A model generated the notes under the pieces. It was given only the letters and a program-made list of their open reading frames with translations. It searched no databases and was not told where the DNA came from. A stretch of DNA of 64,000 nt from Antedon mediterranea (Eukaryota > Animalia > Echinodermata): NCBI RefSeq assembly GCF_964355755.1, contig NC_092671.1, positions 4,092,001 through 4,156,000 of the forward strand. The letters are read 5' to 3'. The stretch's first letter is position 1; each line of letters opens with the position of its first letter. Made by a program: the position numbers and the translations under genes. Shown here one piece after another: positions 1-21,384 of the stretch.

Positions 1-237
1 CTCACTCCATGGTTCTGGTGGTAGAACGAGTCTTCTCGGATAAGGACTATAAACCATAGGTCCAGTGTACACAACTAGCTCGTGTGCACTTTAAAGAACC
101 TAGTACATCTTTCGAGACGAGTAGGGGGTTACCCCGGTGTATTAGTACATCACAGCCACTGATCACCAACTGGGCCCTCTGGGAGACCAGTCTTTGACTG
201 AAGAGGTCGCCCAGTATAAATATAAAACAAAACAAAT
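1..237 (+). mobile_element. SINE fragment, MetaSINE-like core and 3' tail (5' end outside window)
   Basis: GTCTTCTCGGATAAGGACTATAAACCATAGGTCC...TGCACTTTAAAGAACC...GAGTAGGGGGTTACCCCGGTG resembles the conserved MetaSINE central domain as I recall it; ends in an A-rich AAAC tail. Confidence 0.55.
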
Positions 238-867
238 CATGAAAAATCACAGATCCGATACTAACTATTGAGAAAATGAATGAACTCGTGTTTTTTTTTT
301 TATAAAATATGATATAATACTAATTGATTCATTTACATTTTGTAACATTTGTGTATCATGTTCACATTAATTCAACAGTTAAGCTATAACAAACTTTAGT
401 ATTAACATTTGTATATGTAAGATTTAAAATATTGTGTGTTAATTGTTATCACATTCACATATAAGTCTTTCAGAACTTTCATAACTGTTCATTTTGTGTT
501 GTTAAAGTGTAAATCTTTATTTTTAGCACAAAACATATGTAAGTCACAAAATAGTATTCATTTTTATAAATTGATCTTTTTGCTCTTTTTAATCTGGACA
601 TCATTGTTGTGCTACATAACACTGGTTTAGTAGAATGCATATGTTATAAGTAGTGTGAAATAATTTAGGATTCAGTAACCATAAAAAAAAAATGCAATAT
701 TACAGAGGTGATTATGTAAAATTAAAACCTTTCAAAAATGTCTAAAATATTTATTTAACTTTGTGAGTTTATAAATGCAAAAATGATATTGACTATTAAA
801 ACTAGTAATTATTAAAATCAAGATTTTTATAATTTGATATGTGAAATCTACTATATTTTTTATTCAG

Positions 868-1850
868 AATTAAGAGACAGAGTATCCTGTAAGTAGGCCA
901 AACACGTTTTTGAATTGTAATGGATTGTGGGTAGGGCAGGCGGCCAGGAATTCATTTTTTTAATTAATTATATTAAAACAAGGGAGAGAAAACACATTAA
1001 ATCAACTTTTAATTATTATCTTTAATCATATTATTTGTATGGTATTGAGTCTTTATGGAGGCTGGCTCAAAACCAAGGTTTTCCTAACCCAATCCATGGA
1101 TTGATATAGTATGTCAGGAAGTGGGTAAACATGGAAGGAACCTAATTTTTAAAATAGATATCAAATAATTCATAATTTAATTTTTTGCTGTCGAAAAATC
1201 TACCTTTGATTCTCACACCTCTATGGGTTGATATTCCACTCTCATACCAGAGCTTGTTCGTTAACAATTGTTATAAATCTGTATATTTTGTATTAAAGCT
1301 TATGTATATTACTCATAACACTAGACAAACAATAGCTAATAAATGTATAAACAATTAATGTTTATTTACTAATTGTCATAATAGCAGTTTGTCAATCACT
1401 GCTACCATAATACTTGTTCTCTGTATAGCATTTAATAAATAGATTGTAAAGTGAATATCACAAAATGTATTTTTGTTTGAATTTATATATATATAGTATA
1501 AGGATTTTTTTCTGGGCCCTGCTTCCCTTAAGCTGTGAGGCCCCTTGAGTTTAACCAGTGAGAAGTCATAGCTGAGAAGTTCCCTGAATTTTTTATTTTG
1601 CAATCGAAATTGGAATGACCACTTTTAGCCCAACTCGGACAGCATCTTAAACGAATCGTTTTGTTTGGTCAGGACTCGTTGGGCCGCTGTCGAGTTGGGC
1701 TTAAATATTTGTTTGAAATCATTTCACACATAAGTTGTATTGATGTTGTTGTTTATATTTTGTTTTCAGTTCTTTTGTGCTTAACAATCACAACCGTTCG
1801 CTTTTTTTTTCTCCTTTTTTTTTTTAGATCTTTTGAATTTATGTAGTTAA
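868..1850 (+). CDS. Possible last two exons of an unidentified upstream gene
   Basis: 21-nt exon 868-888 (ttattcag|...|gtaagt) spliced to 1828-1850 (long polypyrimidine tract + ag) gives ...(E)LRDRVSYLLNLCS*. Phases are compatible but no family was recognised. Confidence 0.35.
1623..1704. repeat. Short inverted-repeat element (MITE remnant)
   Basis: TTTAGCCCAACTCG(G)ACAGC ... GCTGTCGAGTTGGGCTTAAA inverted arms. Confidence 0.5.
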
Positions 1851-2860
1851 TTAGTATACAATTACATAATCTATTTCTTTTGAAAGACATTTAATCATAA
1901 TATTTAAAGCACACATGAGGAAAAAATACAATAATTAGATTAGTTTAAATTGTTCAACAATTGGTAATATCAAATTTATAAAAAGTGCAGTACAGTACTG
2001 ATACAAATTATAATATTGATTAATGTTTATTCATCATTCACTCATACTGCACAACAAATTCAAAATTAACAAGAAAAAATATACTAGTCTAAAATATAAA
2101 TGATTTGATTTTAAGTTTGAATATGTTTATACTTATTTTATATTTTATTTAAGGCACTAATTGTTAAAATTCTGTTATTGTGTTTAGTTTCTAATACAAT
2201 CCTAAAAATATTTCAAAATATTTCAGGGTTTCGAATCCAGCCTCTTTTTTTTTTTTATCTATACGACATAATAGTTTTAGTTTTGTTTATATATTTTTGG
2301 ATTCAGCATTTTCAGTTTTAAATATCTTACAGTAACTAAAAATAGGTCCAATTATTGCAATGATCAATATACTTAATATAAATTACTACAACAGGAATAA
2401 TTGTTTTTTTTACACATATTTTAACATTTTAATACTAACCTGAGCTTTCCAAAGTTGCCTAATGTTACATAGTGACCGCGTAACAAAAGATTCTGTGTTT
2501 AAGCCTTGGTTGCTTTAACATTATTTATCTCACAGTCTATACAAATATTTGGTATTACTTAGGAATGATTTTAACTGGCTTGCACAGTACAGGAATTACA
2601 CTTTACTCACTATAACAGTCGTAAAAAAACGATGGGTGTATATAATGTTATGTACAATGCACATAGGGAATGTAGACTAGATCCGACATACAAAACTATA
2701 TTTATCAGTAAGTTTACTATCACTAGGACGCAACACATGTCATTTGACTATTATCACAAGTTCAGATGGACTCTCGCTTCTGATTGGTCAACTTAGTTGT
2801 GCTGCTGTTGTATGTCCTAATACTATAGGAATGAACATATGGCACATATTTTTTTCCAAA

Positions 2861-2951
2861 ACGCATACTGTGTAACGCATACTGTGTAACGCATACTGTG
2901 TAACGCATACTGTGTAACGCATACTGTATAACGCATACTGTGTAACGCATA
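2861..2951. repeat. 14-bp minisatellite (ACGCATACTGTGTA), ~6.5 copies
   Basis: Direct tandem copies visible; explains the repetitive ORFs 2762-2983 and 2788-2994. Confidence 0.95.
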
Positions 2952-3121
2952 CATTTTTCAGGGAGAAGAATCTTTTCCAACATACACTAACCACAACATT
3001 ATCGTCTGTCTACATTTTTAAACCTTAATGCTACTGACCAAGCTTTACATACAAAATGTCTTTGCTGTCATACAATGTAGATTCAGCAAAAAAATATTTT
3101 TCATTTCAGATGACACTATAT

Positions 3122-5272
3122 TTAATGTTTTCTTTTCTTGTGAATGGCAAATAAAGTACTACAAGCATCTTGTATTTTTATAAACATTTCTTGCGCTTCT
3201 TCTTTTCCCTTTTTATGTTTATCTGGATGCCATTCTCTGGATAGCCTCCGACAATGTTTGGTGATCTCCTCTCTTTCAACACCTTTAGGTAAACCAAGGA
3301 CCTGTAATAAGAACAGAAAACACTGTCAATTTTAAATTTTTAATTAAAATTGTCATTTAAAAAAGTGTCATTTTAAAAAGTAGAATATTTGAACAATGTC
3401 CTGTTCTTTTTTGCTCCTCCGGCGCAGGCATGCCTTATGAGGTGCGGCATTCTTTTCTATATAAATATCCATTTTTCTCATGTACTGTAGCCGAATTACT
3501 TCTCTTTTCAAATGGAAATATTAATCTTAATTTTATTTCCTCTAATTATTGTTCCTATGTAATTTTAACATGGTCAAAGCAAGGCAACAACAGGATGCTC
3601 AGCTCCCGCGTTCCACACCTCATAAAAGAAGCCGCGCCCTGTACAGTACATAGTACAGTAATGTTGGTATTTGTTGCAGCCAGACATAAGATCGAAGGAC
3701 TGTTACGAGTTCTTGGCAAGGCGAACTCAGTGTCCTGTTGTTAGATTACATTGGTCAAAGTGACTATCCATTTTTATTGTAAGAAGAAAATAAATAATGT
3801 TTTGATCAAATTGAATTTGGATTTAAAGTCACTTATCACATTGGACTGCATAATACAAACCTTATATGCATTTGTCTCCCCTTGTGGATCTAAGGCCTCT
3901 ACAAACTCATTATACATATTCTTCCATCCGATTTTCCAACCTGTTTGGATCAGTTCGTACACAACGTTTTTAAGTTCTTTCCAGAAGGGCGACTCGAAAA
4001 AGTGGTTAATTGCTTCATGTAAATACACTGTTTCACCGTCAGACGTTGTGACAGTTGCATTGTACAAAAGAAATGAACTCCATAGACACATTACAATTAA
4101 ACCTGTTGAATGTAAAATTAAATTAATTAGCAAACATGTATTTTTTATTATTTATAGGGATTAAATTTCAAATCTAAAATATTTATCCATCTGTACTTCT
4201 ATACAATTATACTGTACAATATACTATTTATTGTCTTTTTCAAATTTACTGCACTGTACTGAACTGTAATAAAAAAATAAGAAAGAATTCCACTCCAGTC
4301 TTGAGGTCTTTGACTGTACAGGAATATCAATTTACAAACAGTGCACTTTTTAAAATTTTAGTTTTGCAGCCTCCGCAAGGCAAGACAATTAACAGCCAAT
4401 CACACCGGTCGACACTTTATTTTAAATCTTTCTTTAATCTTACATGGAAGTTGGTATTTAGGGGCCGGGGAAGCTTCATCATAAATGAGGTCACTTCAAG
4501 TTTGACAGGGTCAGTGTCGGCTGGCACGATCTGCACTCATTTGTACATTCTTTGCTTTTATTGTATTTGAAATTGCAAAAAATTGAGCAACAAATTGTGC
4601 AATTTGTATAGTACACTGTATAGAGCATTGCAAATTGCGTATCGTGTATTACATAAATATTTACTATTATTTACCACCAAAAGCTAATTTTGTAAATCGT
4701 TTGCAGCAACTTCTTTGAGGTCGAATTTGTCGTTTGTACTTCTTCGTTGTTTGGAATAAAATAGAGCTTGCAACTACAACCGACGCGATAGCAGTGGGCT
4801 CCCTCAGGATGAGTAATGCACCGTACGCTCCAAGTAAAGAATATTTAAATGATCCCGTTTGATCTCCAATGTTTCCCACTATATAAACCGCAACTGCAAC
4901 ACTGAACGGTACGAGAACAAACTGCAAAAGTGTTACTATGTTTGGATTTAAAGTTTCTGGTATTGCGCAAAGAACGAGGTACCCACAAAACGTTGCAAAT
5001 ACGAGTTGTCCTATCCACCTTGAAAGGCTAAATTGAGGTTTTCTGTCATTTCTTAACTGTGATGTCAACCAATCCATGTATTCATACGTTTCATTAGCAG
5101 CATCAACATAAGACGGGATTCGCCATAAGTCCCTCACCCAGCCTAGGCAGAATCCACCCCAAGTACACCACCACACGAAAGCCTGTCGGTCCCGGCCAAG
5201 GTAGAAATGGTGCATGCCGAACCAGCCTCCGATGAGCCATAACAAGTAGGTGGTTAACGTTGATTTAGACAT
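3122..5272 (-). CDS. DNAJC22: DnaJ homolog subfamily C member 22 (Wurst-like; TM2 domain + TM helices + C-terminal J domain), ~339 aa
   Basis: Exons 5272-4675, 4102-3861, 3301-3122 with GT-AG introns in phase. N-terminus YLLWLIGGWFGMHHFYLGRDRQAFVWWCTWGG (TM2); C-terminus NAYKVLGL...LSREWHPDKH...AQEMFIKIQDA (J domain, HPD motif). Confidence 0.93.
3570..3770. mobile_element. Interspersed non-autonomous element; second copy in opposite orientation at ~41235-41445
   Basis: GTTACGAGTTCTTGGCAAGGCGAACTCAGTGTCCTGTTGTT here is the reverse complement of ACAACGGGACACTGAGTTCGCCTTGACAAGAACTCGTAAC at ~41248-41286; that copy has inverted arms GGCAATATAACAAC/GTTGCTAGATTGCC. Confidence 0.55.
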
Positions 5273-6191
5273 AACTATAAGAAGAAAAGGTAGAAAAAAT
5301 AAATGGTAAAAACCTCAACCCATTCTGTTATTTTAAACAATCATAAGATGTCAAATTGCGCAACGAAGTAAACATCCATCGTGCCAGTTTTTGATTTGTT
5401 GATTTTCCGTCAAGGAAGATAACAATCACGTATGAAGCGCAAAGTAGGTAACATAAAATACCTCATGATTAAACAAATATCTTTCGAAATTCGTTAATAG
5501 TGAATCCTTATAAAGCTAGGAAATGTAAGTTATTTTATTTGTATACAAATAGTATTGCAAGATGCAATGAATTCTTAGATTTAAAAGTATCCACACTCCA
5601 AACAAAACGTATTTGTCATATTAAGCTTTCCATAGTTTGATTATTTGATCAATAAACTCATTCGATTGGTCTATTTTGAGAAGATCTAGCTCCTATGACT
5701 TCTAGGTTTTGTGAGCAGTTTTTGGGGAACGCATACATAACCAGTCGAATACGCACAGTAATTTAAAAAACCGGGGTAACAATAAACAACGCGACGGGAT
5801 TTCCACCAAAAAAATGTGTTTACACTCTAGAAATAAATCAGTATGTATGTTGTGACATTTGGTCATGTATTTCTTATATTATATTATCGGTGTTAATCGG
5901 CGTCAACTTTTTAACTTGCCTAGAGGCACGGTAGATGGCTAGCTATTGTGTAGTGAAGGCCTAGTAAGTAGGCTTGTAGTAGTAGTATGCAGCAGCAGCA
6001 GTATATGTTTTTTGGCGTAGGTTGGGATTCAGACGTGTGTCTTATTTCGGCCGCCAAAGTTATATCGGCCGCCGATTATGGCACGCCTAAATCCATGGTC
6101 AGCCACTTGCGGCATAATTACTCACTATGGCCTTATTAATTGTATTGCTAATTTTATCTATTATGTCTTTAGATGATTGTTTGACTGACCC

Positions 6192-7888
6192 ATGGAACAT
6201 ACAGAAGCTAAATCGATAACGGAATTAGTAAAGAAACAATGCAAAAAAACCATACAGTCGCTACAATGGATTAAAGTTGTTGCTGTCGGAAACACCAGTG
6301 TAGGCAAGACTTGTCTGATAAAACACTTCTGCGAAGACAAGGTATAATTTTCCCTATATAGTAATATTTTATTCTGCCACACCATTTTTGTAGGTACAAT
6401 TAATTTAGTATATAGGGGGTAAAGCATTAGATTGAATAGTACAGTAATAGAATTGAAGGAAAAATGATCTTGGTGTTATTGACATTCTACACTCTTCAAA
6501 AGTACTATATTAGACCCAAATCTAAAAATTGTTTTATTTTATTTGATTGAATGAAAATTTAAATTCACATACAGTATGCTATTAATTTAAATTAAAATAA
6601 TAATGCTCAACTACATAAAAGCAAGGAAACCCTATATTAATTTGTTTAGTCTAATATGAGAATTCTTATTGTGTTCCTTTCAGTTTTCTGCAGGCTATCA
6701 GCCAACAATTGGCGTGGATTACGGATTCAAGACGTACTCTGTAAATGACACCGAGTGTAAGAATAATGTTTTTGATTAAATGTTTCTGTTGCTTTATGTT
6801 GAAGAAATTTATTACAAGCAAAGCAAAGTTTTGAGAGAAGGTGCCCTATTTTGGGGAGCATATGAAAAAGACATGAACATACAGTGTAGATCAAATAGGT
6901 TATCAGTATATGATAATTCAAAGTTTCTTTTTTAATTAGTAAGAGTTCATTTGTGGGATTTATCTGGTAACAGTGATTACCTAGACGTACGATCTGAATT
7001 ATACCACAGCACTCAAATCATCCTTCTTGTCTTTGATGTCACCAGCGCAGTGTCGTTTACAAGTCTTGACAACTGGTACAAAGAGATCACAAGATTTGGG
7101 AATGGAGCTGCACATGTTGTTCTAGTGGCAAACAAGGTGGTGTTTTATATTTTGTCTATTACAGTAGTTGATCTAGGTTCTAGTCTCACTATTGATAAAA
7201 AATAAATATTTTGGTACATCTGCTATTTCATACATTAAATACTTTAGCTAGTTTCAAGACAGAATCGAAACACTGACTGGTGGACTAAACTAACAACATA
7301 AGACAATAGACAATTAACTACAGACTTTTACAAGTCTATAGAAATGGAAATTTCACTCTTCCCTGATACTGGGATAGAACCTTCCATACTACGGGGAGCC
7401 ACATACCACAAACATTATATCAAAGTCTTTTAAGGGACACCTCAGGACCCAACCCAACAAACTCGTATAATAAATTTGAATGTTTTTCTTTATCAAATTT
7501 AAGTTATATTTTAATTATATTTATTTAGATCGATCAAAAATCTAAACGTGTTGTGTCAGCTTATGACGCTGTGAGGTGGGCTACAGCGAAGAATGTTCGG
7601 TGAGTTTTTTTTACGATAAAATTTAAAGGTGACAATAAATAATTCATAAAATTTATGAAACCTAAGTAATACAATTGGGAGTTATATAGCCTCCGTATAT
7701 GAGGTTAGATCATTTATATGAAGTTATGAATGAATTTTTATCGCAACAACGACAAACACACACTCTCAATAAAATTATTCAACTTTTGATTGTTTTACCT
7801 TTATAGGTATTTTGAAACTTCTGCATCCAATGGAAGTGGTGTAAATAAGATGTTTAGAGAAACCCTAAAAAACGTTATGGATGAATGA
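6192..7888 (+). CDS. RJL-family (DNAJC27/Rbj-like) Ras-superfamily GTPase without J domain, ~190 aa
   Basis: Exons 6192-6341, 6684-6756, 6940-7136, 7529-7599, 7807-7888. Motifs G1 GNTSVGKT, effector YQPTIGVDYG, G3 WDLSG (no catalytic Gln), G4 NKID, G5 ETSA; no C-terminal prenylation cysteines. Confidence 0.8.
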
Positions 7889-10800
7889 TCATGTCAACAA
7901 CAAAAATAGGGACATATTTAATACGTTCTTCCAATCCAGACCAGACAGCGAAGCGAAGTCTGGCTGGAAGTAGAGAAAGGTTTTAGTGGTGGATTCATGA
8001 ATTTGATAAATAGCTGTCCAATATGAGAGCTAAATCATGGAGGTAAAAAATAATAAATAATTAATTTTTTACCTCCATGGCTAAATCTTCTAGGGAATTC
8101 CTGGGGCATGATTCACCCATGGACATTTTAAAAATATAATACATTTTATATATAGTACAAGCTAACAGCTTCCCATCCAATGGGCGGACGTCATCTAATC
8201 TCAATCATCATCTTATATAAAAAAAATGTTTTATATAAATAGTGCTGTCATTTATTTTAACTGTTTATTTATATCAAATAAAGATTTAAGATAGAGAGAT
8301 ACTGATTCTGTTTTATTTTTCAACTTGATCAAATCAAGGAGTCAAGAGTAGCTGGTGATACGGTGTTGCGATTTCACATAATCATATAATGAATGATACT
8401 CAATGCAAAATTATTGCATTGATTATATACTGTACATAGTACTGTACATAGTACTGTATAAGTATATACAAAGTTAATGAAAGAAAACTGAAAAACGCGA
8501 CTTTTCTATAATTATAATACATATCTTTCGGCGCCCCGTACTTTGTCCTCTTGGTGGCGCTACTTTATGTCATGTTGTTTAATTTTTTATCGTGTTGGAA
8601 TTGGCCACATCAGTCGCAAAAGTCTGGACAATAAAATATTATTTTGGAGCTCGTTAAAACCTGTCCTCGGTAAATTACAAAAATATAAAATTATAGCGGA
8701 AACGTTTGTTGATTAAATCTAAACGGTGCGTATTAAATTTGAATATTTTGTTTTGTCATTTATAAATGTTTTGACTAAATATTAATAAGTAGACCTAGGC
8801 TAGGCCTAGGCCTGACTAAACTGGAAGGAGACGCACCTCTCTACAAACTAATTGGCCGGATGGAGCGCACGGGAGATCGGAGAGCACTGCTTGTAGGACC
8901 CAATCATAGGCGGCTGCTAGGCCTACCTGGGCCAAGTCCCGTCATATTCATAAACAAATAACATAATCCCGCCTTATATTACACACTGCATGTCATTTTT
9001 TGTTTTTGGTTGAAGGTAACTTAAATAATAAAATGTAAGAATTGCCAGATTTAATTATTGGCCTACCTAGGCTAGGCTATAGATACTGATTTTGTTCTTC
9101 TTTTCGATTGATCTTTATTAATTCAAATATAGTAAGTTAGCCTAGTCTAGGCCTAACTAATTTAGTATGTCAAAGAAGTATAAAATAAGACATTATTTAG
9201 GCCTAGGCCTATATGTAATTATACAAATTTACTGTTTCATGCAATTTACTGTGTTTTCAAAAGATTACGACAAATTTTGACAAAATATTAAAAAAATTGA
9301 AAAAAATTAGTTATTCTGATTATTATTATTTCACTGAAGCGACCCTATCACATGATCTGAGTAAATCTGTAAATGGCACTTATTTGTATTTAAAGTAGTT
9401 CAATGGGAATGGCATTTAAAAAAGATGTTACACTACAGTAAATCTATTGCAATTTTCATAGTTCAAAAGCCTTAATTAATGCAATTTTTTTATTTTTGTT
9501 TTATTTAGCTAATTAGTAAAAAAAGTAGGTTATGCGTCTGTTTGCGATTTTGCATATATAGGTTTAACAACTTTATTAATAGCTTAAAAGCTAGAAGGAA
9601 ATAGTTGTGTTTTATTTTGCCTAGTTCAAAAGCCTTTACTAAACAGAATTTGTTCTAGATTTTGCATATAGCTCAAGCCTTTTACAAAATGTTTTCTTGC
9701 TTTTGTTGCCTAGTGCAAAATAGTGCAATTTGTTTGAGATATTTACCTTTTTTTTAATTTGAATGCTGTAGTTCACAAATCTTATTATTTTGCATACTGT
9801 ACTACTGTACCTACTGTACCTACTGTATATGGCAAGTACATTGTGATCAATAGATTTTATTCACTGTTTTAGTGTACAGAATTTTGATACTACTGTATTA
9901 ATGTATTTGTGATAAAATAATTTATAATAGCCAACAATTTACTTTAAATTTTGCAATAACTGGTAATAATATTGCATAGATTGACGATACTACCAACTGA
10001 TGCATCTATCTTTGCAACATTTTGATTACTGATGTACACTCTGATGCATAACATTATACAGTGTTTCACAAACTCATTTTAGATGCTGTATAAATCTTTA
10101 ACTTAGATAAGAATATTTTATTTGATATAGCAGATATTGTTGTAATTATGTAGCAAGATGCTCTGATATATACTGTAATATTTTTAACTTATGTTTGCAA
10201 TTAATGATTTTAGCCTCTTGAATTCTTACATATAATTATGACTGTTGCAATATAATACTGTGTAAGTCACGTGTAAATGTCACAGACCTGTGTTTCTGTT
10301 AACATTTATTGTGATTCTGTCTGTTAATTCTGTTAATTGTGTAATAGCGTGTTGTATGCGCATGATTTTTGACAAGAGATGATTGTGTTTGTAATTTACT
10401 CAACATATAGTTAATATTTATGAATATTTTTACATTTTTTCTTAGTTAAGTTTGTGAATTTGTAACTTTTACTTAAGAATGCACCAATTGTCATTGATTG
10501 AGTGCCACCGATTTAAAGGTGTAAGTTTAAATAAATATATATATACATATACTGTACAAACCAAGATAGCCTACAAATGAATACAAGATAAGCAATTTAA
10601 ACTACAGTGATGCTTTTAAATTCATTGTACAATTGTTAATGTATATTAGAAATTAAATTAATAAATCTGTTTGAATTACATTACAGTAATAAATATATTT
10701 TAAAATACCTGTACTTTATATCCATAAAGATTATTATTTTATACTGTAACACACTGAGTAGATTCTTGTCATTTGATTTGAGGATTTATGTCACATGATA

Positions 10801-11024
10801 TTCAATATGCAATTTCATTATGCTTTTCCCATGCTTCTAAATTGATTAGCTATATTATTAAAGTAAAGTTTACTAATGTATTTTAAAATAATTTTTATCC
10901 ATAATATTAAATTGATTAATTTATTATCGTATTTACAGCGTTTCCTTTTTATCTTTAAAAATAATTTATATTTAATTATAAACATAAACAGAAAAAAGTT
11001 TTTGATTATATAATTATATTTTAG

Positions 11025-19724
<8,700 letters not shown>

Positions 19725-21384
19725 TGAGCCGTGAAGTAATTATTTCTGAAATGGAAAATATTAATGTTATTAATAAAATTAATATTATAGAAATATTAAA
19801 TATTAGCGACCAACACTTAATATAGAGAAACAGTACTTATGTGAGGAAAGTGGGTCATTGACCTAGGTCAAACTGAAATCTGTGTATGGCGTTTGAAATT
19901 GAATCAACTGTGTACGTGTGCTCTTGTTCTACAGTACATCGTAATGGCATAATATATATATTAATTTAATAAATAATAATAAAGTTGCTTTATGCCTGTG
20001 CATTTATAGATATAAATATCTCTTTGCAAATCCTGCCTTGTGAATAAATATACTATAATATGAGTACTTGTTGTGCTTGAATATATGTCAATAACTATTG
20101 TTGTTCAACCATACCATGCTGGGGTGTCACTATCTAATCAAATTACATGTGTGATAGATATTCAACGAATAAATAATATACCTTAGAAGTACAAGTTTAA
20201 AATAACTATTGATTTAATTTTGTTTCATTGTAATTACAGTTGTAAGATTAAATAAGCCCATGTGGCTTTAACGCAAGTTCCACCAGGATTTAAAACAATT
20301 TTAGAGATCCAACCATTCCATTTAAATGTTATATATATTTAAATTTAACCTAATATTATTAATTAAACATTGTTTCATATAATATCAATAACTTTTACCC
20401 CTGCAGTTTCTATATAAATATATATATATATAATATACATATTTTTAGTTTAATAATGAATGTAATATTGGTTTAAAAGTATTGCTTTTTGTCATGTTAA
20501 TATAGTTAATATTAGTAGATTGATGACATTTAAACTACAGTATTTGAATGTCAGCCTAATACAACAGGATTTCAAGCCAGGATATGTATGCGCAGCAACT
20601 TAACCAAACAGCTGAAATTATGCTAAAATTAATTTAAAATTAATCTACTAATATTAAAATTTGTCCTCATTGAAATATTAATGTTAATGTCATATTTTTA
20701 ATATATTATTGTCTCGAACAAAACACTATCGTATTGTGAAATCATTGTTTTAAAATAAAATTATAGTTACAATATCAAAAAAATATTGATATTTTATTAA
20801 CTTTTCAATTTCATTTTTAGTATGTGCTATATATAGATAATATGAAGGATATTTTGTATTGTATTGGAGTTTATGTGCTGTAATTTTGTAGTTGTCCTAA
20901 AAAAAATATATACAGTAGTAAATTCTGATATTGTAATAGTCTATTATGGTATAGTACTATGTACATTATTTGTAGATATTTTTTGTAAAGTTTGTTTTCC
21001 AATAGGTGAATAGGTTTTCCTACCCTTTTATTTATTGACATCACTATACAATAATTTGACATGCGCAGACACATTGGGCTAGGCAATCTATAAAAAAATA
21101 ACAGCCCAAAGGAAAACAAATTGCAAACAGAGATTTTTTTTTGTTTTTGGGCAATAATATAGTCATATATGCACACATATTGCATTATCATCGTATAGAG
21201 TCATAGTAACCAGTTATGTCAACAAATAAAAGGATCGAAATTTTGTCATTTTTCGAAAATTTCTCTGTACAGTACTATAGTTCAGGGATTTTATCAAAAT
21301 TGGTCAAAATATCGATTTTTAAAAATTAAATTATGCAATAATATAGTCATATATTGCGTTATCATCATCGTATAGAGTCATAGT

